A stretch of DNA of 64,000 bases from Lingula anatina (lineage: Eukaryota; Animalia; Brachiopoda). Under the pieces are notes generated by a model, which saw only the letters and a list, made by a program, of their open reading frames with translations, did not search any database and was not told where the DNA came from. The position numbers and the translations under genes were made by a program. Below are positions 63,639 through 64,000 of the stretch, piece after piece. The DNA is taken from NCBI GenBank assembly GCA_051362555.1, contig CM120648.1, forward strand, positions 7,064,587 to 7,128,586, written 5' to 3'. Position 1 is the first letter of the stretch; every line of letters starts with the position of its first letter.

Positions 63639-64000
63639 ACTTCCATTCCTAGGACTACCAAACGGTCACACCGGCTACACGTAGGCTTATTAGGCGTCCT
63701 CACAAATGGCCCGAGTTTTTAATCGAATAAGCCTTTATCGTCTGCCCATCTGGTGTTAATTTTAGGACAGTATGGCACCTGTAATAACCTGGACGACGTG
63801 TAATTATAAGGACAGCTATGTTGAGGGACGCGGCTCAGATTTGTTTCATCCTCTTGTTTACATGTGACAAATGCAATTACTGTACTAACTGGCGTTTTTT
63901 TTCTTTCTTTTCTTTTTTTTTTTTCTTTTTACAAAAAGATAAAGATAACAATGAATATGGAAATCAGTAAATGGTGGAGATGTAGTAAAAAATTGCCTTT

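Overview
AT-rich, intron-containing eukaryotic DNA from an invertebrate metazoan (probably a marine lophotrochozoan; taxon is inferred). Nine genes can be assembled by reading GT-AG splice sites: an intronless orphan class A GPCR (-), a short TASOR/TEX15-like DUF3715 pseudo-PARP gene with an unusual low-complexity tail (+), SFT2D3 (-) head-to-head with PLEKHM2/SKIP (+), an intronless RING-NHL gene nested on the same strand inside a PLEKHM2 intron, CDC42 (-) head-to-head with MIIP (+), a GPR153/GPR162-like GPCR (-), and a cysteine-rich orphan gene with an RKKR site (-). Mobile and repeat content includes a Kolobok-like element with TTAA TSD, a 1.5 kb foldback element, several MITEs, a 46-bp minisatellite and several locally duplicated splice sites. 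The best candidate for something new is the compact TASOR-like protein carrying several PTB-binding-type (S/G)LLGxxP motifs and a prion-like G/Y/N/S tail. All identifications come from remembered motif similarity, not database searches.
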